This document shows, one piece after another, positions 30,034 through 40,275 of a stretch of DNA of 64,000 nt. Both the position numbers and the translations under genes were made by a program. Each line of letters opens with the position of its first letter. Position 1 is the stretch's first letter. Source of the stretch: an uncultured Gammaproteobacteria bacterium. GTDB lineage: Bacteria; Patescibacteriota; Microgenomatia; UBA10105; UBA927. Location: assembly GCA_964573695.1 (NCBI GenBank), contig CAZNKB010000004.1:14214-78213 (forward strand). Reading direction: 5' to 3'. The notes beneath the pieces are model-generated. The model was not told where the DNA came from, did not search any database, and saw only the letters and a list, made by a program, of their open reading frames with translations.

Positions 30034-31039
30034 CTATTGTTGAGAATCTACGCACGGGATAAGTGATAAACGTTGTAAAATGTCAAATAGCTGAAAGGCC
30101 ATATCTTTGTGTTCCTTCGTGGACGGGTGATAATCATAGGGATGAAACGTTTCGGTGATTTCTATGGGAGCGTAACACGTATTTTCCGATGATTGTATAA
30201 ATTTGGTAATGAGATCTAGGAATCGACCAGGAATAGTCGTGTCTGTCGTTACGAGCATGGTGCCGGCGTACACTTTTCGCATATCAGATAGCGCGGAAGT
30301 CTCAAGAGAGAAGCTCCTCTTGTTGTTTAATAGTGGCGTGTTTAAAATCTTCGGTAATTTTTTTGTACGCGAGATCCGATGCTTCAAGCGAGATATCCAT
30401 TGGAGTTTTGGATTTTTGTGATTCGTTCGTTGCCTCAAGCTCGTTTCTGTATTGCATGCTTAAGTCGTGATACCGATCCGCATTGAGATATATATTTTCG
30501 TCTCGCATGAACCAAATAACAAGATCGGGGTTGTATTTAGCTCCCAAGTCTTTGTACCTCTCCAGGGCGTAGATCAAGTCAAAGCCCGGCACGCCAAGAT
30601 TGATAACTTCAAATTTTAAGTTATTTTTGCACAATGGGGCACTTTGTAGCTTATCCTCAAGCAATTCAGAAAAATTTTGTGACGTATTTACCCACATGCC
30701 ATACACGAATGAGTCGCCTAATGTAATTATTCTATAGGTGTTTGCTGGTTTGTCTGGCGTGTAGTCATATCGATCGTGCAAGCGATCTTTGTTAAATGAG
30801 TATGAAACGGGTTGTGAAAGCCACGCGACACGTTCTTCCTTTGTGGTGCCCGAAGGAAGGGTGTAATAATTTCGTAGACGTTCGTTTGGTGAAAGATGAA
30901 TTATTTCTGACGTGAGCGGGTTTATATTTAGTGGGGCGTCGCGATTTTGTGTTTTTGTCAATAAAATTGAGGTACTTATATATAAAATCGCACAGATTTC
31001 TATTACAATTAGGCCGCTAACGAATCGGTTTAATTTCAT
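30034..31039 (-). pseudogene. SGNH/GDSL hydrolase-family gene split by a frameshift near 30305
   Basis: ORF 30302-31039 holds TM, LGDSF and EVINLGVPG. The terminal D-Y-H-P motif lies in a different frame (ORF 30034-30438). Minus-strand junction: GAG CTT CTC TCT TGA G. Confidence 0.65.
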
Positions 31040-31093
31040 GCGTCGTAGTCAAAAGGTAATCAATGGGGCGTCATCATAGTAGCATATGTTTTT

Positions 31094-32881
31094 ATGAAGA
31101 CATTCAGGGTATTTGATCTTGCTTTTGTTTCCGGTTCTATATCGGAGGTCGTACAGCGTATCGCCCAATGGATTGATACGGATAAGCACGCGTACATATG
31201 TGTCACCGGAGCACATGGTGTCGTTGAGGCGAGCGGAAAACCACTCGTCAAAACGGCTCATAAAGAAGCGACTTTGATCGTGCCAGACGGCATGCCATTG
31301 GTTTGGATTGGGAGATTGTTGGGGGCCAAAAATACGCAGAGGATATATGGTCCTGACCTGTTTCTTGCTTTGTGTCGCCGGGCGCAAGAAGAAAAATGGA
31401 GTATATTTCTTTACGGATCATCGCCACACGTTCTGAAGAAACTTACGTCTGAGTTAATCCGTAGATTTCCGTTGTTACGGGTGGCGGGGCGTCTCGCTCC
31501 CCCATTCCGGCTATTAAGCAAAGCCGAAGACGAAAAATTTATCGACAGCATTAATGCAACGAAAGCGCAGATTGTGTTTGTTGGTCTGAGTACCCCCAAA
31601 CAAGAAATATGGATGTATGAGCACCGGTCGAGGCTTAACGTAAATGTGTTGATTGGGGTGGGTGCGGCATTTGATTTTGTCGCGCGTACGAAAAAACAGG
31701 CTCCGCGTTTTATACAACAGTCAGGTTTTGAGTGGTTGTTCAGGTTTTTGCAGGAGCCACGAAGGCTTTGGCGTCGGGCATTGGTTGTAAACGCGCGGTT
31801 CTTGATATTGACAGCGAAAGAAACATTATCTTTGGTGGCACACGTGCGCCGCAGAAACGTTTTGCGTACTATCCTGGTCAGCTTGTTACTGACGGGGCTG
31901 CTATTGGGGCTCGCAGAGCTGGCCTCACGAATGATGACTGATTTTGGATTTATTTCGTATTACCACCCGATAAAAATTCAGACTCTTATAGAGCCAAGCG
32001 CCCAAACAGAAGATTGGCGCCTGACTCATATATACCGTGATGAACAGTTTATGCCGGACTCGCTGCTTTTTTGGAAACCGAAGCCAGGAGCATGGCGGTA
32101 TAACAAAGACGGATTTGTCGGTAGTGTAAATCGGTCTGTGTTGCATGAAGCAAAAGAGCGCGGCGGGTGTAGTGTTTTGGCTATTGGAGATTCAAACACT
32201 CAGGGAATCGCAGAGTTTTCCTGGCCAGAGAGTTTGAATGAGCTTTTTGTAACAAACGGACTATCCACCAGAGTGGCCAACGCGGGAGTAGCAGGATACA
32301 GTTCATTTCAAGGTGAGTATTTATATAATCAATTGGCAGCGAGTCTACAGCCAACGGTAGTGGTTGTCAGTTTTGGCTGGAATGATATGACACCAGATAT
32401 GGGCATGCCGGACCGGAATTTTTCCCGTTTCTCCTTGCCAGCAAATAGCCTGCTAAGCAGATCTAAGTTATACTTGATAATCCAAAATATTTTTTCCCCG
32501 AAGGTAGAGAATGACGGAGAGTATCATCCCCGAGTGAGCGTATCTGAATACAAAGAAAACCTCAATGCTATTATTACTACTGCTCAACAACACAAGAGCA
32601 CGGTGCTGCTTCTAACAAGGCCGTATAATCCCGAGCATATGGTGTGGAATTCAGTGAGCCCGCTCCTCAAAGGGGGTTGGAGAAAATACGTCTATGATTA
32701 TAACGGTGTAGTCCGAGATGTTGCCCACAAGCGGTCAGTTCAACTCATAGACATGGAGGCGAAATTCAGTACAGATGCAGCCTATTTTCTTGATGATTCG
32801 CATTTCACACTGGAGGCAAGCAGGATTGCTGCAATGTTTATATATGAGCAGATGCGTCGTAATGACTTAGTATGTAAGTAA
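31094..32881 (+). CDS. Fusion: WecB/TagA/CpsF glycosyltransferase, TM helix, SGNH hydrolase
   Basis: N-terminal PDGMPL, RIYGPDL, VGLSTPKQE, GVGAAFDF, GFEWLFR..QEPRRLWRR; C-terminal IGDSNT, NAGVAGYSS, FGWND, DDSHF. Confidence 0.85.
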   Translation: MKTFRVFDLAFVSGSISEVVQRIAQWIDTDKHAYICVTGAHGVVEASGKPLVKTAHKEATLIVPDGMPLVWIGRLLGAKNTQRIYGPDLFLALCRRAQEEKWSIFLYGSSPHVLKKLTSELIRRFPLLRVAGRLAPPFRLLSKAEDEKFIDSINATKAQIVFVGLSTPKQEIWMYEHRSRLNVNVLIGVGAAFDFVARTKKQAPRFIQQSGFEWLFRFLQEPRRLWRRALVVNARFLILTAKETLSLVAHVRRRNVLRTILVSLLLTGLLLGLAELASRMMTDFGFISYYHPIKIQTLIEPSAQTEDWRLTHIYRDEQFMPDSLLFWKPKPGAWRYNKDGFVGSVNRSVLHEAKERGGCSVLAIGDSNTQGIAEFSWPESLNELFVTNGLSTRVANAGVAGYSSFQGEYLYNQLAASLQPTVVVVSFGWNDMTPDMGMPDRNFSRFSLPANSLLSRSKLYLIIQNIFSPKVENDGEYHPRVSVSEYKENLNAIITTAQQHKSTVLLLTRPYNPEHMVWNSVSPLLKGGWRKYVYDYNGVVRDVAHKRSVQLIDMEAKFSTDAAYFLDDSHFTLEASRIAAMFIYEQMRRNDLVCK

Positions 32882-32970
32882 ATATTTATAACGACACATA
32901 TGTGTATCGTCTAATTTTATCCCCCCCCGGTAAGTTATTCCTGGTGAAAAAAAGCATGAGTGCGGTGACT

Positions 32971-34074
32971 TTAACCCGAAAATGATTGTTGTATTGCGAG
33001 AGAGGTGTTTATGTATTCTTTTTTGCTGTTTCCCAACCCTGACGGGAGATAGAATCCTGTTTTTTCCAGTAAATCCGCGACCGGGAAATGCGTGTGTTGG
33101 TGCAGGCCAAGCTTTTTGAATGCCGTGCGCGGAGAATAAAAAAAGGTTCTTGTTTGGACGCCGTATTTTGTCATGAGCAGATCAATAAGCTTACTGCGTG
33201 ATACGTGAGCCTTCGGATCTACGCGTACGGCGTACATCCAATACACATTTGTCGCCCAGGATTTTTCCATTGGAAGGATAAGACCGGGTATGTCGGAAAG
33301 CTGGTTACGGTAAATTTTTGCCATCGCACGTTTCTTTTTCAGGGATGTGTTTATTTCTTCCAGACTGGCGAGGCCCACTGCCGCCTGCATGTTGCTCATG
33401 AGATAGGTGTACCCTACCCCCTCGTGAATAAATCGTTTTTTCGTGTGGTTAAGTGCTTTTACTCTATTGACTGTGTCGATGTATTTTTTGTTATTGGAGA
33501 CGACCATGCCGCCCTCCCCCGTTGTGACAATTTTATTTGCGTAAAAGCTAAAGATAGAGATATCTCCTATTGATCCGACCTTTTTGCCTTTGTACTCCGC
33601 CCCGTGTGCTTCTGCCGCATCCTCTAGCACTTTGAGTTTATGCTTTTTGGCCAGCTTCATAATGGGATCCATATCGCAAGGATGACCAAATAGATGAACA
33701 ACCATAATTACTTTGGTGCGTTTGGTTATGGCTTTTTCGATAAGGGAGGGATTAATGCAATAGGTTTCCGGATCTACATCTACGGGAACCGCGTTTGCTC
33801 CGGTATACCAAGCCGCGAAATAACACGAAGCTATCGTCATGGCAGGTACGATAACCTCGTCTCCCGGTCCAACGCCTAACGCAAGTAAGGCCAGATGAAG
33901 CGCGGCGGTGCCTGAACTTGTGGTCGCCGCGTGATTGACACCAAGGTATGAGGCAAACTCGCTTTCAAAGCGCTTCACAAATGGTCCTTCTGAGGAAAAC
34001 CAACCTGAGCGCACACATTGCGTTAGGTATTTTTGCGCATGTTTTGGAATAGCCGGTCGATTTACAGGAATCAT
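32971..34074 (-). CDS. DegT/DnrJ/EryC1/StrS sugar aminotransferase (perosamine synthase-like)
   Basis: SSGTAALHLAL, GPGDEVIVP, EDAAEAHGA, FSFYANKIVTTGEGGM. Confidence 0.92.
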   Translation of the reverse strand: MIPVNRPAIPKHAQKYLTQCVRSGWFSSEGPFVKRFESEFASYLGVNHAATTSSGTAALHLALLALGVGPGDEVIVPAMTIASCYFAAWYTGANAVPVDVDPETYCINPSLIEKAITKRTKVIMVVHLFGHPCDMDPIMKLAKKHKLKVLEDAAEAHGAEYKGKKVGSIGDISIFSFYANKIVTTGEGGMVVSNNKKYIDTVNRVKALNHTKKRFIHEGVGYTYLMSNMQAAVGLASLEEINTSLKKKRAMAKIYRNQLSDIPGLILPMEKSWATNVYWMYAVRVDPKAHVSRSKLIDLLMTKYGVQTRTFFYSPRTAFKKLGLHQHTHFPVADLLEKTGFYLPSGLGNSKKEYINTSLAIQQSFSG

Positions 34075-35063
34075 GATATTTGTGCCCACTCGCGTTTTTT
34101 GGAAGATCTATATGCCGCCTCAATCATTTTGATGACGCTCGCGCCGTCATTGGCGTCCGGTTCCGGTTGACGATTGTTTCGTATGCACTCGGCCAAATAG
34201 AGTAGCTCCCTGTGGTAGGAGTCCTTCTGTTCATTCGAATAGTCATACGTTGCGCACACGCCTTCCTTTGCCCCAATCGTCACGGTGTCGTGCGTCGTGG
34301 AATCGATCAGAATATACCCTTTTTCTCCCCAAAGTTCGATATGGAGGTATCCCGCCCATTGTAGCCAGCTGGAAGTTATGACGGCCTGTCTCTTGTCCCG
34401 GGTGATATAAACGGCAGAACCTGTGTCCTCCACCTTTGCGTCTTTCCAAAGATTTGTCGTCATGACTGCGGTGCAACTGGTGAAATCCCCCATAAACATG
34501 CGGGCGATATCCAGCAAATGGCATCCGTTATCAATAAACGTCCCGCCTCCCGATACTGTTGGATTCCAAAACCATTTTTTGGATACTCTCGCGCCGTTGG
34601 TTCCTATGCTTCCTTTGAAAAAAAGTAGTTTTCCAATCTCGCCATTTTCATAGAGTTCCCTTGCTTTTTGGACGGTATGAAAAAAACGATGATTGGATCC
34701 CGTTTTGACTATCTTATGGTATTTTTTTGCGGCGGCCGCGATTTTTTTTGCGTCGGCAAGCGTTGTCGCGAGAGGTTTCTCACATAATATATGCATGCCA
34801 AGCTTCATGGCCTGAATACTCATAATTTTATGAAATCCGTTAGGGGTTGCGATTATTGCAAGGTCAGCGTCCCCGACAAGGTGAGTCAAGCTTGAGACAA
34901 CCGGCACGCCGAATTGTTTGGCGATCCGGTTACGTTGTTCCACAACCGGATCAACGACGGCGATTACGCGAAAATCATTTTTTAATGCCAAACACGCGCT
35001 TAATCGTTTCGTGCCGAAAAATCCCGCCCCGACAACAATAACTCGTATCGGTTTTTTTTCCAT
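34071..35063 (-). CDS. Gfo/Idh/MocA-family NAD-dependent oxidoreductase
   Basis: VVGAGFFG, IATPNGFH, HILCEKPLA, GGGTFIDNGCHLLD. Confidence 0.9.
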   Translation of the reverse strand: MEKKPIRVIVVGAGFFGTKRLSACLALKNDFRVIAVVDPVVEQRNRIAKQFGVPVVSSLTHLVGDADLAIIATPNGFHKIMSIQAMKLGMHILCEKPLATTLADAKKIAAAAKKYHKIVKTGSNHRFFHTVQKARELYENGEIGKLLFFKGSIGTNGARVSKKWFWNPTVSGGGTFIDNGCHLLDIARMFMGDFTSCTAVMTTNLWKDAKVEDTGSAVYITRDKRQAVITSSWLQWAGYLHIELWGEKGYILIDSTTHDTVTIGAKEGVCATYDYSNEQKDSYHRELLYLAECIRNNRQPEPDANDGASVIKMIEAAYRSSKKREWAQIS

Positions 35064-35121
35064 GCGCGGAAATTGTAACAGAGTGACCTTTTAATTTCAC
35101 GCGCTTGATATAATGCCGATG

Positions 35122-36264
35122 ATGAAACAAAGCCCGGTTATTTTTTTGTTTAACTCGCCGATTAGCAGTGGATGTGACTATGTTATGCAAACGATGAGAA
35201 TCGTTGCGCGACGTAATCCGGTGTATGGTATGTGTTTAGGGGATGTAATCTCCCTCCCTAACTATCTCGTGGGGAAAGACAAATGGATTGTCCGAAAGAT
35301 GCACGGAGCAACAATCATCCGGCCTGTAAGCGTGTTTCCTGGTTTGCGTTTCCGATTTGTTCGCCAGCTCACATACATATTGGCCGCCTTAGCGTTGCGC
35401 CTTTTTGTCGATATAAAACACCGGCCTTCACGCAAATTACTCTGGTATTTTGAGCCGTTTCATATCCCGGTACTTCGTGATCTGTTTTGGAAATATCAAA
35501 CTATATACGACTGTGTGGATTATTATCCCGGGTTTAGTGATGTTGCACGCAGGGAACATGCCGCGCTTATGCGTCAGTCGACGTACGTGTTTGCCAACTC
35601 AAAGGTGTTAGTCCGCGCATTGGAAAAGTTCCGTTCTGATGTGGTTTCGGTGCCTCAGGGATTTGCAAGCGATATGTTCCGCGGTCTTCCAATTCCTCCC
35701 GTTGCTCCCAACAAGCGGATTTTTACGGTTGGATATATAGGAAGTATTAGCGCCCGTATGGATTTTTCGTTACTTAAAAAAGTCATTCGTAAGCTGCCAG
35801 AAATTTCTTTCATTTTCGTCGGAGGCAGAGAATTCAACGTATTTGGTACACACGATGATGCACAGCAAGCCTTTCGTTCCCTGTGCCAGTACCCAAATGT
35901 TACGTGGGTGCCGGAGGTGGTGAAAGCGAGTATCCCAACGTATCTTTCCCGTTTTGATCTCGGGATCGTCCCGTACCGGACGGATATTGCTTTTAACCGG
36001 TACGCTTTTCCGATGAAAGTGCTTGAGTATTTCGCTTTGGGCCGACCCGTCATTTCAACAAATATCATGTCGCTGCGCGATTATGCCCGCGACGGTTTGT
36101 TGACACAAGCGATTACGGCAGACGCGGTTGTCCGTGCCATACGATACTACAGGAATCACGGGTGGAATAGTCGCAGTCAAAAACGTCAGGCGGCCGAGGC
36201 AAAGCGAAATGCCTGGGAGCATAAAGTCGATGAGATTATGACAACGATTTCTCGGGTAAGTTAA
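35122..36264 (+). CDS. GT-B fold glycosyltransferase (TuaH/GumK-like)
   Basis: IYDCVDYY, VGYIGSI, FDLGIVPY, FPMKVLEYFALGRPVIST. Confidence 0.82.
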   Translation: MKQSPVIFLFNSPISSGCDYVMQTMRIVARRNPVYGMCLGDVISLPNYLVGKDKWIVRKMHGATIIRPVSVFPGLRFRFVRQLTYILAALALRLFVDIKHRPSRKLLWYFEPFHIPVLRDLFWKYQTIYDCVDYYPGFSDVARREHAALMRQSTYVFANSKVLVRALEKFRSDVVSVPQGFASDMFRGLPIPPVAPNKRIFTVGYIGSISARMDFSLLKKVIRKLPEISFIFVGGREFNVFGTHDDAQQAFRSLCQYPNVTWVPEVVKASIPTYLSRFDLGIVPYRTDIAFNRYAFPMKVLEYFALGRPVISTNIMSLRDYARDGLLTQAITADAVVRAIRYYRNHGWNSRSQKRQAAEAKRNAWEHKVDEIMTTISRVS

Positions 36265-37186
36265 TGTTGGGTCTTTTTGCAACCGGATCGCGCCGCGCAT
36301 ACCAAAGCGCCACGACAAGTCCCCATATGGCGATTAGGAAGTGTCGCAATTCATGTGTTACCTGCTTGCCTGAGGTAATTTGCCGAATGATCGTAAGAAA
36401 ACTTGATTTGACGATTGGTACGGCAAACGAAAATCCTTGAAACGCGAAGTATCCGTAACACGCGGTTTCACCGCACGTATACGAACGAGTCTGTGCGGAC
36501 ATTTGATCTTTGGTGAGCCACCGGTTGTGAGATACGGTCATAGTAGGTTCATAAAGAATTGTGTGATGCTCAATGAGCAACCGAAGCGCCATTTCGGCAT
36601 CTTCGGCATTGCTGCCTATCGATCCCGGGCCAAGCCATGTTTTAAATAATCCAGAAGATTCGATAGCAGATTTTCTGATTGCCATGTTGTTTCCGAACCC
36701 TATCGATCGGAAATGAGGCGTTGGAACGGAAATGATCGTCCGTTTCGTACTCGTAAAAATTGAAGGGCAGATGCGTCCTTTATGGATATTGGGCTTATAC
36801 GGAACAGTACGTCCAAAAAAAGCAGATTGACGCCTATGTTTTTGGGCTATTTGGGAAATAACCGATAACCAGCGAGCGCTTACGATACAATCATCATCGG
36901 TGAACGCAAATAAACGCCCCCGCGCCTTACTCAAAGCGTGATTTAATGCGGAGCTTTTGCCTCCCGACGGCACAAACACATGTACAAGTTGTGGTAGATA
37001 CGGAAATTGTTTTGTATCAATGCTGTTTGGAACTGTGCTTTGATCCGCGACGATGACCTCAAAATTTTTGAACGTATTTCGTTCTAATGACCGCAAGACT
37101 CGGATAAGATCTTCTTGCCTGTTTTTGGTTGCGATAATAACGCTTATGAGCGGTGCCGCTAGTCTTTGAAAGCTATCCGGAGCCAT
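36236..37186 (-). CDS. GT2-family glycosyltransferase
   Basis: ISVIIATKNR, VIVADQS, AFTDDDC, GNNMA, AEDAE. Confidence 0.88.
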   Translation of the reverse strand: MAPDSFQRLAAPLISVIIATKNRQEDLIRVLRSLERNTFKNFEVIVADQSTVPNSIDTKQFPYLPQLVHVFVPSGGKSSALNHALSKARGRLFAFTDDDCIVSARWLSVISQIAQKHRRQSAFFGRTVPYKPNIHKGRICPSIFTSTKRTIISVPTPHFRSIGFGNNMAIRKSAIESSGLFKTWLGPGSIGSNAEDAEMALRLLIEHHTILYEPTMTVSHNRWLTKDQMSAQTRSYTCGETACYGYFAFQGFSFAVPIVKSSFLTIIRQITSGKQVTHELRHFLIAIWGLVVALWYARRDPVAKRPNINLPEKSLS

Positions 37187-37190
37187 GATG

Positions 37191-37892
37191 TTATATGTCG
37201 ATAAAAAGCGCCTTTTTCTTGCGTTTTGTCAGAATTCCTAGCCCGATGTTTCCCGGCAGTTCTAGCGTGTTGTTGGGATGCGTGTGTTTAATTTCTGCCC
37301 ATAATTTGTGTACACCCAGGACGAGATCATTTATCCGTTTGACATGTATGTCATGAAAAGACATGGCACCGTCCGGAAGGAGTCTCGGCCAGAATGTGGT
37401 GAAGTCGAATTTTGCGCCTTTATACGAATGGTCCCCATCCACGTATATGTACCCCCAACGGTCTGATTTGTGCGCCGCCGCAAACTCCTTCGTGGTAGTA
37501 ACATGAAGTTTGATATGTTGTCCTGCTCCGAATTTTCCGAAATATTTTTTCGGATTAATTTTTTTCCACGTGCCTACTCCACCCCAGTTGTCCGGCTCAT
37601 TTGGGTCATTTTCGTCAAAACCCGCATCGACAAAATCCACAAATCCGCGACCATTATCTTTGCATGCGAGCGCGCAAATAATAGGTATATAGCCGTATCT
37701 GCTCCCTATGCACAAAACGCGTTCAGGACGTAGTGTCCGTATCATCGCATAGTGTATCCAGCCGTATCCTAAATTTCCTGTTGTAAGATCGATTTCGTGC
37801 CAGTTATGTTCTCTGGCATACGTTCGTATAAGGCCTCGTGCAATTTTTTTGTGGATCAATTCCGGAACGAGTGATATGGTAGGGATGATCAT
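37191..37892 (-). CDS. Class I methyltransferase (Methyltransf_24-like)
   Basis: RVLCIGSRYG, DFVDAG, IYVDGDHSYKG, FHD. Confidence 0.78.
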   Translation of the reverse strand: MIIPTISLVPELIHKKIARGLIRTYAREHNWHEIDLTTGNLGYGWIHYAMIRTLRPERVLCIGSRYGYIPIICALACKDNGRGFVDFVDAGFDENDPNEPDNWGGVGTWKKINPKKYFGKFGAGQHIKLHVTTTKEFAAAHKSDRWGYIYVDGDHSYKGAKFDFTTFWPRLLPDGAMSFHDIHVKRINDLVLGVHKLWAEIKHTHPNNTLELPGNIGLGILTKRKKKALFIDI

Positions 37893-38124
37893 AAGAGAAT
37901 TTGCGGCGCTTTCGAAATAGTTGTTCGATTATATCACTCCCCTCATTGATTTGATGAGCCGTAGTGGTATTACCGTTTGGTAATCCTATTAGTTTTTGCT
38001 GTGTATAGTTTCGTATCACCGAAGATGACACGTGCTCGTTGTTGGGAGCACGATATGGGGCTTTTGTTGCGATACACGATCACGTATAATCCTATACGTT
38101 TGTGGTTTGCCCGATTGGATTTAT

Positions 38125-38949
38125 ATGTCTAACAAACGTACAAAAAATAACTTTATCCCCAGAACAAAAAAAATATTTAACAAACTTTTTCGGCGATATG
38201 TGGCGGTTCCGTTTTTATACGGGAATTTAGCAAAAAGCATGCCGGAATTGGGGTTTACCGATACCATTCGGATGCTACTGAGGCATTACGTACGCGTTCC
38301 CTGGTTCGGGCAAAAATATTTGTTCAACGTTCGGTTTAATCACGACATTATAGAATATTATGATGGTTATCTTCTTCAAAACACAAAATCATCAAAAGGA
38401 TTTTTAGGATTTGGACTTATGCATTATGCGTTGATTACGAATACGCGACCGAAACGCGTGCTTTGTATTGGCTCCAAAAAGGGATTCATTCCTGCAATGT
38501 GCGCTATGGCATGTCGTGACATGAAATACGGACACGTGGACTTTGTGGACGCGGGATACTCTGACGCCGATGAAAATAGTAACCAGCATTGGGGAGGCGT
38601 AGGATTATGGAGAAACGTGAATCCCAAACACCACTTTTCCTTCCTTGAGTTGTCGCCATATATCACAACACATGTGATGACAACAAAAGATTTTTTCCGG
38701 AAGAACAGGGAAAAATACCAATATATTTATATAGACGGAGATCATACATATGAAGGTGTGAAGCATGATTATCTTAAGGCATGGCCTCATCTTGAAGTAA
38801 ACGGCTACATGGTCTTTCACGATACTCGCGTGCAGCATATAAAAGATCAGCTCCCTTATGGAGTCGGGAAGTTATGGCAGGAGATAAAAAGTCATAACAA
38901 AATTACGTTTGATGTCGCTGCCGGCCTCGGAATAATACAAAAAAAATAA
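38125..38949 (+). CDS. Class I methyltransferase (Methyltransf_24-like), paralogue of the divergent neighbour
   Basis: RVLCIGSKKG, DFVDAG, WGGVG, YIDGDHTYEG, VFHD. Confidence 0.78.
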   Translation: MSNKRTKNNFIPRTKKIFNKLFRRYVAVPFLYGNLAKSMPELGFTDTIRMLLRHYVRVPWFGQKYLFNVRFNHDIIEYYDGYLLQNTKSSKGFLGFGLMHYALITNTRPKRVLCIGSKKGFIPAMCAMACRDMKYGHVDFVDAGYSDADENSNQHWGGVGLWRNVNPKHHFSFLELSPYITTHVMTTKDFFRKNREKYQYIYIDGDHTYEGVKHDYLKAWPHLEVNGYMVFHDTRVQHIKDQLPYGVGKLWQEIKSHNKITFDVAAGLGIIQKK

Positions 38950-38957
38950 TACAGACT

Positions 38958-40193
38958 ATGTTAAAAGGCGCCTTTTTTTATCTTACTCATCATCCAACGC
39001 TGGTAAGCGATGGTGTCGTTGATTTCTCCCATTTTCCTTCCGTGCACAGGCTTAGGTTGGCGACGCGGCGGTTTTCAATCGCAAGCCATACACCGGCGTT
39101 TGTTTTGGATATGGAGATCATGGCCCAGCGCTTAATGGTTGCAAAACGAAGCTTAAAAAAATACTGGAAATCATCAGCCGTCGCGTACTCGTTCAAGACA
39201 AACTATGCTCCCATTGCCAGACTTCGTCGTTATGGTGTTTATGCGGATGTTACATCCGATCGGGAGTTAGCGTATGCATTAAAGGAAGGATATCAAGGTA
39301 AACACATCATATTTAACGGTCCGAATAAAACCCGTGAAACTATACGCACCGCCTGGAAACACAACGTGCTCATACAAATTGATAATCGCGAGGAGCTTAT
39401 GATGATACACGCGATGTCTCGTTCCATGCGATTGCCTGTCCGCATCGGCTGTCGGTTGAATCCCACCGGGCACAGTATGGAATTCAGCCGATTCGGATTA
39501 CACCCAGACGAATTATTTGACCCAGAAATTTTGTCCATGTTGATACATAGCAAGAACCTGTTGTTTGAGGGTGTGCATTTTCATACTGGGTCCGATATAG
39601 ATGATCTTTCTATCTTTGAAAAAGCGGCGACAATGGCCGGGCAAGTCGTACAAAAATTTGCCCACTTAGGTGTCGCTGTTCGTTATGTGAACTGCGGCGG
39701 CGGCGTTAAATCTCACGGGATGAAACCCTACGACAAAAAAACGTGGCATCCGTATGAATTTGATACCTACGTCGAAACAATCTGGAGAGCTCTTAGAAGG
39801 CAGTATGCAAACGCTCAACATCTCACGATCATGATAGAGCCGGGAAGATATCTTGTGGATGATGCATCGGTGTTTATTGCGCGCGCTCGTAGGGTAAAGG
39901 CAGGTATAAAGCAATCTGTGTATACAGACGGTTCAACCGCAATGCTTCCCCTTTCTCAGTATCGTCCTCAAATCGTCCGCGCGTATTCTCCGCTCTTTTC
40001 GCCGCGCCAATCTGCTCCGAAGCCTACGATCGTATATGGCGCGACGCTTCGGGAAGAAGATATCTTGTATCGTGGCTGGCTGCCTGCACTTTCTCCCGAT
40101 GATTTTCTCATATTTTATAGTGTTGGCGCATACAATCAAGCCTTGGCCTCTGATTTTATTTACGAGAAACCCAAATCTTTCGTATTTGAGTAA
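38958..40193 (+). CDS. Group IV (LysA/ODC-fold) PLP decarboxylase-like protein lacking the usual C-terminal Cys
   Basis: YSFKTN, IIFNGPNK, SRFG, HFHTGS, NCGGG, EPGRYLV, VGAY; GATLREED where GxxCxxxD is expected. Confidence 0.8.
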   Translation: MLKGAFFYLTHHPTLVSDGVVDFSHFPSVHRLRLATRRFSIASHTPAFVLDMEIMAQRLMVAKRSLKKYWKSSAVAYSFKTNYAPIARLRRYGVYADVTSDRELAYALKEGYQGKHIIFNGPNKTRETIRTAWKHNVLIQIDNREELMMIHAMSRSMRLPVRIGCRLNPTGHSMEFSRFGLHPDELFDPEILSMLIHSKNLLFEGVHFHTGSDIDDLSIFEKAATMAGQVVQKFAHLGVAVRYVNCGGGVKSHGMKPYDKKTWHPYEFDTYVETIWRALRRQYANAQHLTIMIEPGRYLVDDASVFIARARRVKAGIKQSVYTDGSTAMLPLSQYRPQIVRAYSPLFSPRQSAPKPTIVYGATLREEDILYRGWLPALSPDDFLIFYSVGAYNQALASDFIYEKPKSFVFE

Positions 40194-40275
40194 TAAGCTC
40201 GTAGGATGTCATCCGTAAGGATCAGCTGCCGACCATGTAATTGGTTATATAAACGCTTATGCTACAATTCGTGCT

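Noticed and set aside
30300-30325. prfB-style programmed +1 frameshift (AGGAG upstream of TCT TGA)
   Set aside because: The codon before the stop is UCU rather than the slippery CUU-U, and the SD spacing differs; an indel is more plausible.
32891-32930. Hairpin ACACATATGTGT and a C8 tract
   Set aside because: It lies between convergent genes, so it is not in a promoter or ORF; at most a weak terminator.
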